From a virus, in the IMG/VR virus record IMGVR_UViG_3300032287_003712, positions 3,429 through 67,428 of that record: DNA of 64,000 bases, one strand, 5' to 3'. The notes beneath the pieces are model-generated. The model saw only the letters and a list, made by a program, of their open reading frames with translations. It was not told the DNA's origin and did not search any database. This document shows, in pieces, positions 29,696 to 38,957 of this stretch; within the stretch, counting starts at the first letter, position 1, and every line of letters begins with the position of its first letter. The position numbers and the translations under genes were made by a program.

Positions 29696-29993
29696 CGAAA
29701 TACGGGAGTCTAGCCACGAACGCAAAGTTCGGTTTCACGGCGACGCTCCCTTTGCAAAACACGATTACCGATACCGTAGTCGTGATGTGATTCGTATGGC
29801 CGGCAAAGTCTGGGCCGAGAGTCCACGTGAACGACAGTTCCGCTTAGCTAAAACTCGTTCTTTAGCTAAATCTAGGGAAACGCCTGTGGGCCTAGGCTTT
29901 TCCGAAAAGGATGAATTCGGCCCAGATAACTCGTACAACTCAATTCAAAGTCTTAATAGTACACCCGGCCCAGAGAGCTATATGTTTCGCTAA
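29688..29993 (+). CDS. hypothetical protein
   Basis: Coupled ORF containing IRMAG. Confidence 0.55.
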   Translation: MSDEIRESSHERKVRFHGDAPFAKHDYRYRSRDVIRMAGKVWAESPRERQFRLAKTRSLAKSRETPVGLGFSEKDEFGPDNSYNSIQSLNSTPGPESYMFR

Positions 29994-30531
29994 ATTCTAA
30001 AACTCTTTTTGAAGTGTTGTGTAAGCTGGGAAAATAATACACAAAACCAAAGCATCTGGTATTTGTTAGTTTCGGCAGACCCGGGGTATCTAAAAATAGA
30101 TCTGGCCGTGTCTTCATAATGCACAACGGAAAATCAATCCCCAGTTTTTGCGTGGTTATTAAAGCAACTTCAGAAGATGTCAGTAGCACAACAGCCTCAT
30201 CGAATTCCCGTTTTAAATAGCGCTTATAGCATTCTTCAAGCCACACACGTTGTGCGGACTTTATAAAACGTTTTGGTTTTTTAAAGACATGTCTAGTTTT
30301 TGGTTGTTCGTCATAGGACATTAATTCCCTAGGAGGGTACAGATATATGTTTTTGGCTTTCCAAGATTGTGCCAATCCGTTCGACCGCGGGGTGAAATAA
30401 CGATTGGCGTTGATAAGAGTGTTGGCCTCGTCGCTGGACGCTGGATCGAGGTCAATCTCGCCCCCAAAAAATGAGGTTGTTACTCCTACTAGATCTGGGG
30501 GCGAAACGAAATCAAAGTCGGCTATAGGCAT
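29953..30531 (-). CDS. phage Dam-like adenine methyltransferase homologue, degenerate
   Basis: DLDPASS..AN....RYFT...NGL...W...IYLYPP, with NPPY replaced by YPPR. Confidence 0.6.
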   Translation of the reverse strand: MPIADFDFVSPPDLVGVTTSFFGGEIDLDPASSDEANTLINANRYFTPRSNGLAQSWKAKNIYLYPPRELMSYDEQPKTRHVFKKPKRFIKSAQRVWLEECYKRYLKREFDEAVVLLTSSEVALITTQKLGIDFPLCIMKTRPDLFLDTPGLPKLTNTRCFGFVYYFPSLHNTSKRVLEFSETYSSLGRVYY

Positions 30532-30934
30532 CTGCTATTTCGTCAATGTGCTTATTAATTTCATTTAAATCCATGGTAAACAAGGCTAACTTTTTATTAT
30601 CTACAAGTACAACAATTGAATTTTCTGAATCTGCTTCTTTATCTACGACCTTAGACAGAATTTTCAAAAACTTAGCAGTTTCTTCGTCACAGAGTTCTTC
30701 TGCTAAAGCTATGTCGTTTCTAATCTCAGGCAGCGTCAGATATGTGCTCTTTTCTGGATTAAAGGGGTTGAAAAACAGTGCTCCATAACCCTTTGCTTTT
30801 TTAAACTCTGCGTACAGAGTGCACACATCCCCGAAAATGACCTTAAGCGCACTTTTAGAGATACGATTTTGAACTTCGCTTTTGCCGAAAAGTTTTTGAC
30901 CAAAGCTCTTAAGATTGTTACCGAAATTAGTCAT
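30512..30934 (-). CDS. hypothetical protein
   Basis: Likely start MTNFG, overlapping the upstream stop. Confidence 0.6.
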   Translation of the reverse strand: MTNFGNNLKSFGQKLFGKSEVQNRISKSALKVIFGDVCTLYAEFKKAKGYGALFFNPFNPEKSTYLTLPEIRNDIALAEELCDEETAKFLKILSKVVDKEADSENSIVVLVDNKKLALFTMDLNEINKHIDEIADAYSRL

Positions 30935-31259
30935 TCTCGTAGTTTGTGAAGTTAGTCCAGGCTGCCTCAAGTACTTTAATCGAGTCAAACAAAAAGTTTG
31001 AAATGTTTGCTTCGGTAGGATCCAGTTTACAGTAATGTACTCCTTCAATAAGACCAGAAGTGCCACCAGATGTAATCCCTTGATATACAAGTTTATCGAT
31101 AACCACAGGAGCAACCCCAAGCCGAGCTGCGACAACCTTTCGATTAACAAACGCCGTGGTTTTCTTCGATGTTTTGGCATTAGCTAAAATTTGCAAACTT
31201 AAGTCGATACTCTGAAGAACATCTACAACTTTTTTGAGATCTGACCTAATTAAATCCAT
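30927..31259 (-). CDS. putative HTH DNA-binding protein
   Basis: VAARLGV....I..L and LIEGVHY motifs. Confidence 0.55.
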   Translation of the reverse strand: MDLIRSDLKKVVDVLQSIDLSLQILANAKTSKKTTAFVNRKVVAARLGVAPVVIDKLVYQGITSGGTSGLIEGVHYCKLDPTEANISNFLFDSIKVLEAAWTNFTNYEND

Positions 31260-31283
31260 TTAGATGAAGATAGAGAGTTAAGA

Positions 31284-31366
31284 GGAGGGCCGCCTCACCT
31301 CCTGACGTCAGGAAGCAAGGTTCGCTTGCGGCTCAAGGGAAAAGGCTAAAACCCTGAGCGCCCTCC
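31284..31366. ncRNA. candidate structured RNA (four-way junction)
   Basis: GGAGGGC/GCCCTCC closes three hairpins (TCCTG/CAGGA, GCAAG/CTTGC, GCTCA(A)GGG/CCCTGAGC) in an intergenic gap. Confidence 0.45.
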
Positions 31367-31413
31367 AGGATACTACGATGCGGCCTTTCTTACGACATCG
31401 CAGTGCTACCAGT

Positions 31414-31839
31414 TTAAGGTTGTCGTAACCATTCCGCATCGCTCAATGCGTTGACATCCTTAAGTTTTCGATTGAACCCGCTTCGTACTTTCTTTACGAT
31501 CTGAGGTTTCTCGAAACGCGACAGCAAATGCGCCGGATTAACGCAATCGGGTCGCCTGCAGATGTTTTTTAGAGCCGCAGAGCCCACGTCCGCTTTAAAA
31601 AACGCGTATAAAACGTTACTGATTGGCCATTTTTTGCCATCGAGGGTGATGCCCGCGTGGCTAGTTCTCCAACACTTCGTAAAATCTGTGTTCTGAAGGG
31701 TTAGCTGTGTAACCAACCCTCTTAATTCGGGCTCGATTTGGTTTAAGTCAGGGAATACCAGAGGATTATTTATTTCTTTTAAACAATCCTGGCATACTTC
31801 ACTTGTTTTCGTGTGTTTTGTGTTTTTTAAACACTTCAT
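31414..31839 (-). CDS. HNH-like zinc-binding protein, catalytic His absent
   Basis: CW...NICRRPDCVNPAHL. Confidence 0.55.
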   Translation of the reverse strand: MKCLKNTKHTKTSEVCQDCLKEINNPLVFPDLNQIEPELRGLVTQLTLQNTDFTKCWRTSHAGITLDGKKWPISNVLYAFFKADVGSAALKNICRRPDCVNPAHLLSRFEKPQIVKKVRSGFNRKLKDVNALSDAEWLRQP

Positions 31840-32258
31840 AGAAGTTTTTCAAGTTGTCCAACAAAGTCTGTAGGGTCTTCGATCAGCAAATTGATCAAAG
31901 TTTTTACTGTCTTCTCAAGTTCCGACGTCTCGGCGTCTCTTTCGTTTAGCAGTAACCAGTACGTGTAGGCGTTAAGTAAGTACAGGTGCGTCTGTTTTGC
32001 TCGCAGAGCCTGTGCTTTCCACTTTTCGTAATCGAATGCGCTGTTGTGACGGCTGTTGCCTGTTTTTAATTCGAGTTCACGAATTTCGATCTGTAAATCG
32101 ATGTCCTTGATGGTGTACTTCGTTGCTGAGATTTTGGCCTTGCAGTCAGCTAGTGATGTGGGCTGATTGTTGTCCGTATAAATCCAGACTGGAAGGTTGT
32201 CGATGACATAATTTTTATCCCAAAGAAGAGCTTTGGCTGGCGTGGCCGTAAAAGTCAT
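31836..32258 (-). CDS. hypothetical coiled-coil protein
   Basis: 140-aa coupled ORF. Confidence 0.65.
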   Translation of the reverse strand: MTFTATPAKALLWDKNYVIDNLPVWIYTDNNQPTSLADCKAKISATKYTIKDIDLQIEIRELELKTGNSRHNSAFDYEKWKAQALRAKQTHLYLLNAYTYWLLLNERDAETSELEKTVKTLINLLIEDPTDFVGQLEKLL

Positions 32259-32587
32259 AGAGCGAGGACTGTATTTATAAGTGAATTAAACTCGCCGTTA
32301 ACACAATACAGAATGTGTTGCTCAAAAATAATTTTGATGACGATTCTGTACTTGATCAGCCTGTTTAAATCTCGCAAAACCCGAGGTTTTGAGAAACCTA
32401 AAGAAGCTACTAGATCGCGTGTCGACAACGGTTGCTCGCATGTTAGCAGATGAAGCAAATCGGAATGATGCGCTATGCAAGCGCAGATTTTTTTATGTTC
32501 GTAATCGTGCGCATCGAAAACTTGCGGTTGTACTTCTCCGCGAGCAAGTTTTGAATCATTTGGTTGGTTGCCCTCTTGGAAATCCAT
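32255..32587 (-). CDS. winged-helix DNA-binding protein (start uncertain)
   Basis: LLHLL....PLSTRDLVASLGFSKPRVLRDLNRL. Confidence 0.55.
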   Translation of the reverse strand: MDFQEGNQPNDSKLARGEVQPQVFDAHDYEHKKICACIAHHSDLLHLLTCEQPLSTRDLVASLGFSKPRVLRDLNRLIKYRIVIKIIFEQHILYCVNGEFNSLINTVLAL

Positions 32588-33180
32588 GTTTTTACATCTG
32601 CCAGCATGGCCGGTGTGACCTTTGTAGCTGGGCTGGCAGCACGAAGCATATGATGCGGGTTCACGCAATCGGGGTCTCCGCAAGTCGTGAGAATCTTATC
32701 CTTTTCTGAAAGAGTTACATTGTTGAACTTGGCGTAAACGAACCGCCGTGGACGCATAATTGTTTTATCTGTAGCATCCACAAGGCGTGCAAATGTACAA
32801 GGTAGATGGACGTGTTGGTCTGGTGTGATGGCGTACTTGTTTTGACGGAACCACACGGCGATCTTGTCAGAGGGGCTTCGGGCTTGGCGGAGTTCCTCTA
32901 AGCAGAGCGGGCAGGCGTAGAGACCAGCGACAGGGTGCGCCTTCTCCAGGTCCGTCGTAGCCACGAGCAGGGCGTGGTAGCGACCGCATTTGCAAATCAG
33001 TTTTGAAGTCGCGCCGTGCTCTTCGACTCGGAATGAGTCCAAGGTGTACACACGCGATACGGGTGTATCGGAGGGTTCGACCGGGGTCTGCACTAACAGG
33101 CCCAGGATCGAAACCAGTACGGGGTCGATCATGGCGTGCTTTGTATGTGCCTGAAGCTCACCTAACCATAGCACGGACAA
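32473..33180 (-). CDS. zinc-ribbon + degenerate HNH + HTH-like protein
   Basis: CKCG, CPLC and TTCGDPDCVNPHH motifs, with a helical C-terminus. Confidence 0.55.
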   Translation of the reverse strand: MSVLWLGELQAHTKHAMIDPVLVSILGLLVQTPVEPSDTPVSRVYTLDSFRVEEHGATSKLICKCGRYHALLVATTDLEKAHPVAGLYACPLCLEELRQARSPSDKIAVWFRQNKYAITPDQHVHLPCTFARLVDATDKTIMRPRRFVYAKFNNVTLSEKDKILTTCGDPDCVNPHHMLRAASPATKVTPAMLADVKTWISKRATNQMIQNLLAEKYNRKFSMRTITNIKKSALA

Positions 33181-33482
33181 CCTGGCCCTTAGAAATCAAT
33201 TTATCTCTTAAGGCCCCGCTTAACAAAACTTGCCTGTCGCAGCTGTGTCGCAGCACGGTTCGCCTAGTTACGTGTTTTTGCTAATTGCGTGCTTACTGTA
33301 TTTCTAAATTAATTTTTAGACTATTTAAATACGCTAATTTGCACGCAACTTACGTTAAGTCCAGACTCTGAAAGCTTTTTTTCTCGCCATGCTGATGAGA
33401 TCAGGCGTGGATTTCCGTACTACTCACGTTTTTTTAAGGTTATGACGTAATATTGGGTCACATAAATCCGTACCTGACTCCA

Positions 33483-33647
33483 ATGGCTCCGGTACCTCCT
33501 GTATCTTCGAATACCGATCTCGATCCCGATGTGGAGTTTTGGCAAGAGTGCCGTCGGCGCGCCTTAGAGCTTCATGTGCCCGCCTGGCAACTTGCTGAGG
33601 AACGCTTCACACACCGCACTGTTGACACTGGCTCAACAGACCGGTAA
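33483..33647 (+). CDS. small hypothetical protein
   Basis: 54-aa ORF after the divergent AT-rich region. Confidence 0.4.
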   Translation: MAPVPPVSSNTDLDPDVEFWQECRRRALELHVPAWQLAEERFTHRTVDTGSTDR

Positions 33648-33670
33648 GGTCCGCCTGTTGCTTTTTGGGT

Positions 33671-34018
33671 ATGCTCACTAAAAAAGACGTACAGGAGCGC
33701 CAAGAGCGTTTTGAATCTATTTATAACATGTACTTTGCGGGGTACAGCTATCGGCAGATAGCGCACGAATTCAGTATTTCCGCTGAACGTGTCCGACAGA
33801 TTTTGCATCAGTATGCTTCGCCGACTCAACGTATAGCACTGCATGATGAAATCAGTAAGCGCCGTGAAACCAGCTGGCAATCAAAAGAAATTGAGTATTT
33901 GCTAGAGGCAGGTAATACGTGTAAAACGGTAGCCAATATCCTCAATGTCTCTATAGATGTAGTTAAACGCGTCAGTGCTCGCCATCGGAGAACCAAGCTA
34001 GAAACCGCTCGTAGTTAA
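33671..34018 (+). CDS. sigma-70 region-4-like double HTH regulator
   Basis: GYSYRQIAHEFSISAERVRQI and GNTCKTVANILNVS. Confidence 0.7.
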   Translation: MLTKKDVQERQERFESIYNMYFAGYSYRQIAHEFSISAERVRQILHQYASPTQRIALHDEISKRRETSWQSKEIEYLLEAGNTCKTVANILNVSIDVVKRVSARHRRTKLETARS

Positions 34019-34068
34019 AATTAATGGAGGTATAATTACGTCTAGGAGGGGGACTTTTTCGTCTGATT

Positions 34069-34866
34069 ATGACTGCGTGTCCCCATTATCCTGTTCGTAA
34101 GGCTTTTCACCAAGCAAACTTCAACGGCATAATCGAGGCCGTTGTCGACGTCATCTATGTAATCAGCGGCGTGGGCACCACAAGTTTTACTCTGGATCCC
34201 CGAGGCTACGCCCCTAATTTTGATGGTGTCGTACAGGTTCTTGAAGATTTAGCTTATACGATCAGCGGAATTCAAGCAGGTGGCGGCGGCGGTATTGTAA
34301 TCTCCGGCATTGGCGTATCTGGGATCGTTGCCGGTCCAGGTATGCAGGTAACTTCCTCGGGCAGCTATCTGGTTTTTGGTACCAATGCGTCTGGTATTGG
34401 CGGCACTACTACCAGTTACAGCGGATCCACCTTAATAATTAACAGCACTAAGTACGCCAACACGGTTGTATCTGGCACCGCACCTGCCGACGCTACAAAC
34501 GGTACGCTTTGGTTCGATCAAAACGAAGGCCGCTTGTTCGTGTATGCCAGCGGCGGCGTGGCGACGGGCAGTGGCGGTTGGTATCAAACCAATGCGGACG
34601 CCGTTGTCGTCAAGAGCGAAGTTCCGCCATCTGGCACTGGTGCAAATGCCCCGGTCCGCGACGGTCTGCTCTGGTTCAATACCTTACAGGGTTCACTGTT
34701 TATTTACGACGCTGTTACCAGCGGCTGGTATGAGACTGCTCCTGGACCTAAGGGTGCCGAGTACTCGACCGGTGCTCCAATTCCTGAGAAACAGGGTGAC
34801 CTTTGGTACTCGGTCGATGAGACTGTTCTCAAGGTTTGGGATGGCACCGCGTGGATCTCTACTTAA
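34069..34866 (+). CDS. tail fibre-like virion protein
   Basis: Three G.LW(F/Y)....L.(V/I)(Y/W)....W repeats. Confidence 0.7.
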   Translation: MTACPHYPVRKAFHQANFNGIIEAVVDVIYVISGVGTTSFTLDPRGYAPNFDGVVQVLEDLAYTISGIQAGGGGGIVISGIGVSGIVAGPGMQVTSSGSYLVFGTNASGIGGTTTSYSGSTLIINSTKYANTVVSGTAPADATNGTLWFDQNEGRLFVYASGGVATGSGGWYQTNADAVVVKSEVPPSGTGANAPVRDGLLWFNTLQGSLFIYDAVTSGWYETAPGPKGAEYSTGAPIPEKQGDLWYSVDETVLKVWDGTAWIST

Positions 34867-34915
34867 GCTTCTAAGTTTCAAACACGGTAAACTGTAGATA
34901 CTTACTGGCAAACCA

Positions 34916-36172
34916 GTGCCGATATCTATTTTTCGAGCTGGCGAGACAATTACACCGGGAAATATTGTCGCGGTTACTCACAATTCCGTTGTTAAAAAAG
35001 CTTCGGTTAACGATCCGGAGACTTTTAGAGCTATTGGGGTAGCTACGACGTCGGGGTATGCGGGGGATGCTGTAAAAGTTGTTGTTGATGATCAGGTTCA
35101 TATTTTTTCTGGTTTAACTCCTGGCAGTCAGTTATATTTGAGCCCAACTCCTGGGCTTTATACGACTTCTTACACGACAATTACATCGGGTGTTGGCTTA
35201 TCGCTTAACGGATCCTCGAATTTAAGTCCGTTTGCTCGGGCTATTTCGGCGTCGGGCATAACGCTGCAGACTCCAGCCGCTGTGGTTGCTGATGTGTCTT
35301 CTGAAAGTATTGTTTTAGAAAATACGCCGACAAATAATATTTTTGGTTTTTTAACAGAGGGGTATTTTGATGTTGTAAAAGAATCTGGAGATTCCCCTTA
35401 TATTCCTTATGATCCCGAGGCATATGCTTATATACGTGCTGTCGAAAACGCAGACGGCCAGTTTTTAGAAAACAATGTGCGGCAGGCAATTGACAACTTC
35501 GTCTTGGGGTGCAAGGCGGATGGTATTTGGAGTGCCATTAAAGCAAGTTGCATCCTTGCTGGTGCCCGCACTCTGAGTGGGGCGCTGGTTCCGTTGGTTG
35601 GCACAGCACCTACCAATCCCAGCAACGTCTTTGTGCAGGCTGACTACAACCGAAAGACGGGGCTGGTGGGGAATGGGACCACAAAGTATCTGGATAGCGG
35701 CAGGTTAAGCAGCTCTGACCCGCAAGATAACGTTCATCTGAGCACTTATGTAACCACCGCAGCCAGTGCCGGAAACACCTTTTACATGGGCTCCGCTTCC
35801 ACAACTGAGGGCGGCAGTGAGTTAATACTTGGACAAACTACAACACCAGTCTTCAGAGTGCGGTGCAGGAATGGTACACCTTTTGATGTGACGGTGACAG
35901 GGGCTTTGGAAGGATTTTTTGGTGCTTCGCGATTATCTTCAGCCAATTTTACCGTAAGAGCAGGTTCGTCTAATGCAACAGCAACTAGTGTTTCTCAAAG
36001 TCTTACTACGGGGCTTCCACTTTATATTTATGGACGGTATCTGAACGGGGCGCTAGCTGCTCCTGTCAACGCCCGCCTCGCCTTCTACAGCATCGGCGAA
36101 TCCCTCAACCTAGCCCTCCTCGACGCCCGCGTCACCGACCTGATCAACGCATTCGCAGCTGCTATCTCATAA
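34916..36172 (+). CDS. fibre protein with C-terminal lectin-like module
   Basis: FRAGE...GN.V N-terminus, then AYIRAVE.ADG...GCKADGIW...DYNRKTGLVGNG..KYL...ARLAFYSIGE. Confidence 0.7.
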   Translation: MPISIFRAGETITPGNIVAVTHNSVVKKASVNDPETFRAIGVATTSGYAGDAVKVVVDDQVHIFSGLTPGSQLYLSPTPGLYTTSYTTITSGVGLSLNGSSNLSPFARAISASGITLQTPAAVVADVSSESIVLENTPTNNIFGFLTEGYFDVVKESGDSPYIPYDPEAYAYIRAVENADGQFLENNVRQAIDNFVLGCKADGIWSAIKASCILAGARTLSGALVPLVGTAPTNPSNVFVQADYNRKTGLVGNGTTKYLDSGRLSSSDPQDNVHLSTYVTTAASAGNTFYMGSASTTEGGSELILGQTTTPVFRVRCRNGTPFDVTVTGALEGFFGASRLSSANFTVRAGSSNATATSVSQSLTTGLPLYIYGRYLNGALAAPVNARLAFYSIGESLNLALLDARVTDLINAFAAAIS

Positions 36173-36207
36173 CAGACTGTATAATTTAAAAAAATAGTAA
36201 CCGCAGC

Positions 36208-37110
36208 GTGGCTTCCGAAAAGATCTCTCAGTTTCCGGATCTAACCGCTGTAGCTAGCGGTGACTTTTTTCCGGTCGTCGATATATCCGAAGCTGATCCA
36301 TATTTACAGAATAAAAAAGTACAAATTGGCGCACTTGATGCGCGTTACGTTAATGCAGACGGTGATACCGCATCTGGAACTTTTTCGTTCCAAAACCTTG
36401 TTATTCCTAGCGGCGGTTCGTTAACCCTTGCCGACGGCGCGACCGCATATAACCTTCCCGACACCACTCAACTTATTAACCGGTCGATTCCAGAAATAAA
36501 CCTGAACCTCGTCCGCGGCGACTCGTGGGATGGGTTCTATATGTATTTACAAGAGCCCGACGGCACTCCCTCTAACCTGACCGACTCGACTGTCTCCGCT
36601 TCCGCCCGTACATCAACCTACGCTCAGATCACCCCTCTGAACGCCACGATTGTTGGTCCGGCGTCCGGTTACGTCCGAATTTGGGGCTCGTCCGCTCAAA
36701 CTGCTCAGCTTCCTATTACTTCTGGCCAACAGGTTTTCTGGGAAGTCAGCCGCGTGTCTAACTCCCGCGTGGCTACGATTTCAGGCTTCACAAATAGCGC
36801 CTCGGGAACGCTTTCGGTCATCACCGTTGAATATCCCGGCGTTTCCTCTTACGACAACGTTTTTATCAGCGGTGTTCTAGCCAGTGGCTTGCCGGCCAAC
36901 ACATACAACGTTTTATATCCTACAACAACCAGCGGTCAGGATCGTCTTAACCTAATTACTTCTACTCCTCCGTATTCCTTCGCAATTCCTCAGTTATCTA
37001 CGTCCGGCACTGATGTTGCAGGTACCGGTGTATATCCTACGGGCGTCTCGTTATATCAGCGCCGCACGGATACGATGGTGCGCGGCATTATTTTTGTGAC
37101 GCTACCTTGA
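36208..37110 (+). CDS. baseplate/tail structural protein (BppU-like)
   Basis: KISQ(F/L) N-terminus and NL...RGDSW...PDGTP.NLT segment. Confidence 0.55.
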   Translation: MASEKISQFPDLTAVASGDFFPVVDISEADPYLQNKKVQIGALDARYVNADGDTASGTFSFQNLVIPSGGSLTLADGATAYNLPDTTQLINRSIPEINLNLVRGDSWDGFYMYLQEPDGTPSNLTDSTVSASARTSTYAQITPLNATIVGPASGYVRIWGSSAQTAQLPITSGQQVFWEVSRVSNSRVATISGFTNSASGTLSVITVEYPGVSSYDNVFISGVLASGLPANTYNVLYPTTTSGQDRLNLITSTPPYSFAIPQLSTSGTDVAGTGVYPTGVSLYQRRTDTMVRGIIFVTLP

Positions 37111-37195
37111 TTCAGTAACAGGATTCTGTTTGAAGAGGTAAGATGTGTAAAAGCCTCTTCTTTAGTTAACACTACCGAGGCGCTGCTTTAGACAC

Positions 37196-38950
37196 ATGGC
37201 GGACGTTAACGCGACAGTTATCACAATCGGCCGCACCCCGCCGATTCCGCCCGGCCAGCAGACGATGGAGAACAGTCTGCCCGTGGTTGTCGCGAGCGAT
37301 CAGACTGCCGTCCCCGTTTCAATTCAAAATCAACAAATCAGCGAAGTCAGCTTAAGCCTGCTGGGTATACCTAGGGCTGAAACTGCACTGGGTATTTTTT
37401 CTGACGTAACCACATATGATATTAACCCTAACGAATGGGCTAGCGCAGGGTCTGGCACAGTCGTTCACTTAGCGTCTGAAAGTGCTGCTCAAATTGTTGT
37501 TTCTGGTAACCAAACTAATAGTTTTGAGGTTCTAAGCAGTAAGCGTTTCTTCCGATATCAACCGGGTCGTGTCAGCTCTGCCACTTTTGGCGTCCGGTTT
37601 GCGTCTAGCACCGATGAAACCGATCTCAAGAAAGCTGGCGCATTCGACAGCCGCGACGGTTACTACTGGGAAGTTCAAGGCGGTTCGCAAACTTCTGCCG
37701 GAGATCCGCGCACTAATAAACCTGTAAATTTCTTAGCTGTTCGTCGCAGCAGCGCATTCGAAACTGCAGCGTCCGGCATTCGTTTCCCCGATCCCGCTGA
37801 TGGCGACCGGGGCACCGCCGGCACCGACCTCGTGATCGTGCGTGGCGGCCTCACGTACATTCACGCTGCGCTTTACGATCGCAGTCTTCGTCAAAATACC
37901 ACCGGTATCAACATCGGCGGTAACTCGTCTTCGACTGGTACGACGACGGTTTCCGGCAACTTCCTGACCGTTGCCAGCGGCTCGCGCTATACCTATGAGT
38001 ATCGCGTACCCCGTAAATATTTCAGCGGTGATCGTCTCGACGGCACGACCGATTCGCTGTTCTATTCCGATCGTACGCCCGGCAAGAACAGTTTCACCCT
38101 GCACGCCAGTGGTTCGATTGATCGTCCCTTAGTTTCTTACATCGACGGTTCGCGTGTTACCGATTCGGTCGGTAACTTCCTAACCGACACTTCAGTCTGG
38201 AACTACGACTTCACCAAAGTCACCATGCTGAAGATCGACTACTCCTGGTATGGAGCAGTCGGCGCCCGATTCTTCGCCTTGGTTCCCGATTCCACCACTG
38301 CCGGCACAGCCCAGTGGGTCCGGGTCCACGACATTCGCACGTCAAACCAGCTCGCAGGTCCGAGCCTCTCGAACCCGACGTTACCAATTACTTACGTTGC
38401 TCAAAAAGCCAACAGCGCTAACGACTCGACCGTCTACAAGTACGGTGCTTCGTACTACATCGACGGCGGCGACAAGGGCACCGTCGTGGCCAGGTCGGCT
38501 AGCAACGCGGCAGACCGCTCCGTCACAACTGCCGGCGAAGCACTGTTAGCTCTGCGCGTTCGCGAAAACATCAATAACGTTCGCAACCGTATGCAGGTCT
38601 ACCCGACCCGCCTCGGTGTCGGTACCAGCGCACGCGGCACTGTCAAACTCATTAAAAACCCTGTAATTATCTCGGGTTTCCCGACGTTCACGACCGCCGA
38701 CACCCTCAGCCCCATTCAGTACGCCGACGCCAGCGGAGTTACCGTTATTAGTGGCGGCACGACGGTTGCAACGTTCTTCGTTGGCGCAGGCGGCGTGGAT
38801 ATCGACCTGGCGCCTTACTTCGGATACAACAAAGACTACTTATCGTTCCCGCTGACTGCTGCGTCCGGCGACGCCCTGTATGTTTATGCTCAGAGTTCTG
38901 CTGGCACGATGAATGCCAGCACCTCCCTGACCTGGGAAGAGCAAATCTGA
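37196..38950 (+). CDS. virion structural protein, paralogue 1
   Basis: SLLGIPRAET, FRYQPGR, YSWYGAVGARF, YIDGGDKG and TWEEQ motifs. Confidence 0.7.
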   Translation: MADVNATVITIGRTPPIPPGQQTMENSLPVVVASDQTAVPVSIQNQQISEVSLSLLGIPRAETALGIFSDVTTYDINPNEWASAGSGTVVHLASESAAQIVVSGNQTNSFEVLSSKRFFRYQPGRVSSATFGVRFASSTDETDLKKAGAFDSRDGYYWEVQGGSQTSAGDPRTNKPVNFLAVRRSSAFETAASGIRFPDPADGDRGTAGTDLVIVRGGLTYIHAALYDRSLRQNTTGINIGGNSSSTGTTTVSGNFLTVASGSRYTYEYRVPRKYFSGDRLDGTTDSLFYSDRTPGKNSFTLHASGSIDRPLVSYIDGSRVTDSVGNFLTDTSVWNYDFTKVTMLKIDYSWYGAVGARFFALVPDSTTAGTAQWVRVHDIRTSNQLAGPSLSNPTLPITYVAQKANSANDSTVYKYGASYYIDGGDKGTVVARSASNAADRSVTTAGEALLALRVRENINNVRNRMQVYPTRLGVGTSARGTVKLIKNPVIISGFPTFTTADTLSPIQYADASGVTVISGGTTVATFFVGAGGVDIDLAPYFGYNKDYLSFPLTAASGDALYVYAQSSAGTMNASTSLTWEEQI

Positions 38951-38957
38951 GGCTCGA

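Noticed and set aside
30935-31180. N-terminal extension of the 30512..31180 ORF
   Set aside because: It overlaps the 30927 gene out of frame. ATG at 30934 gives normal coupling.
31284-31366. tRNA gene
   Set aside because: Cloverleaf-like, but lacks canonical D-loop, 7-nt anticodon loop and T-loop spacing. Kept only as a candidate ncRNA.
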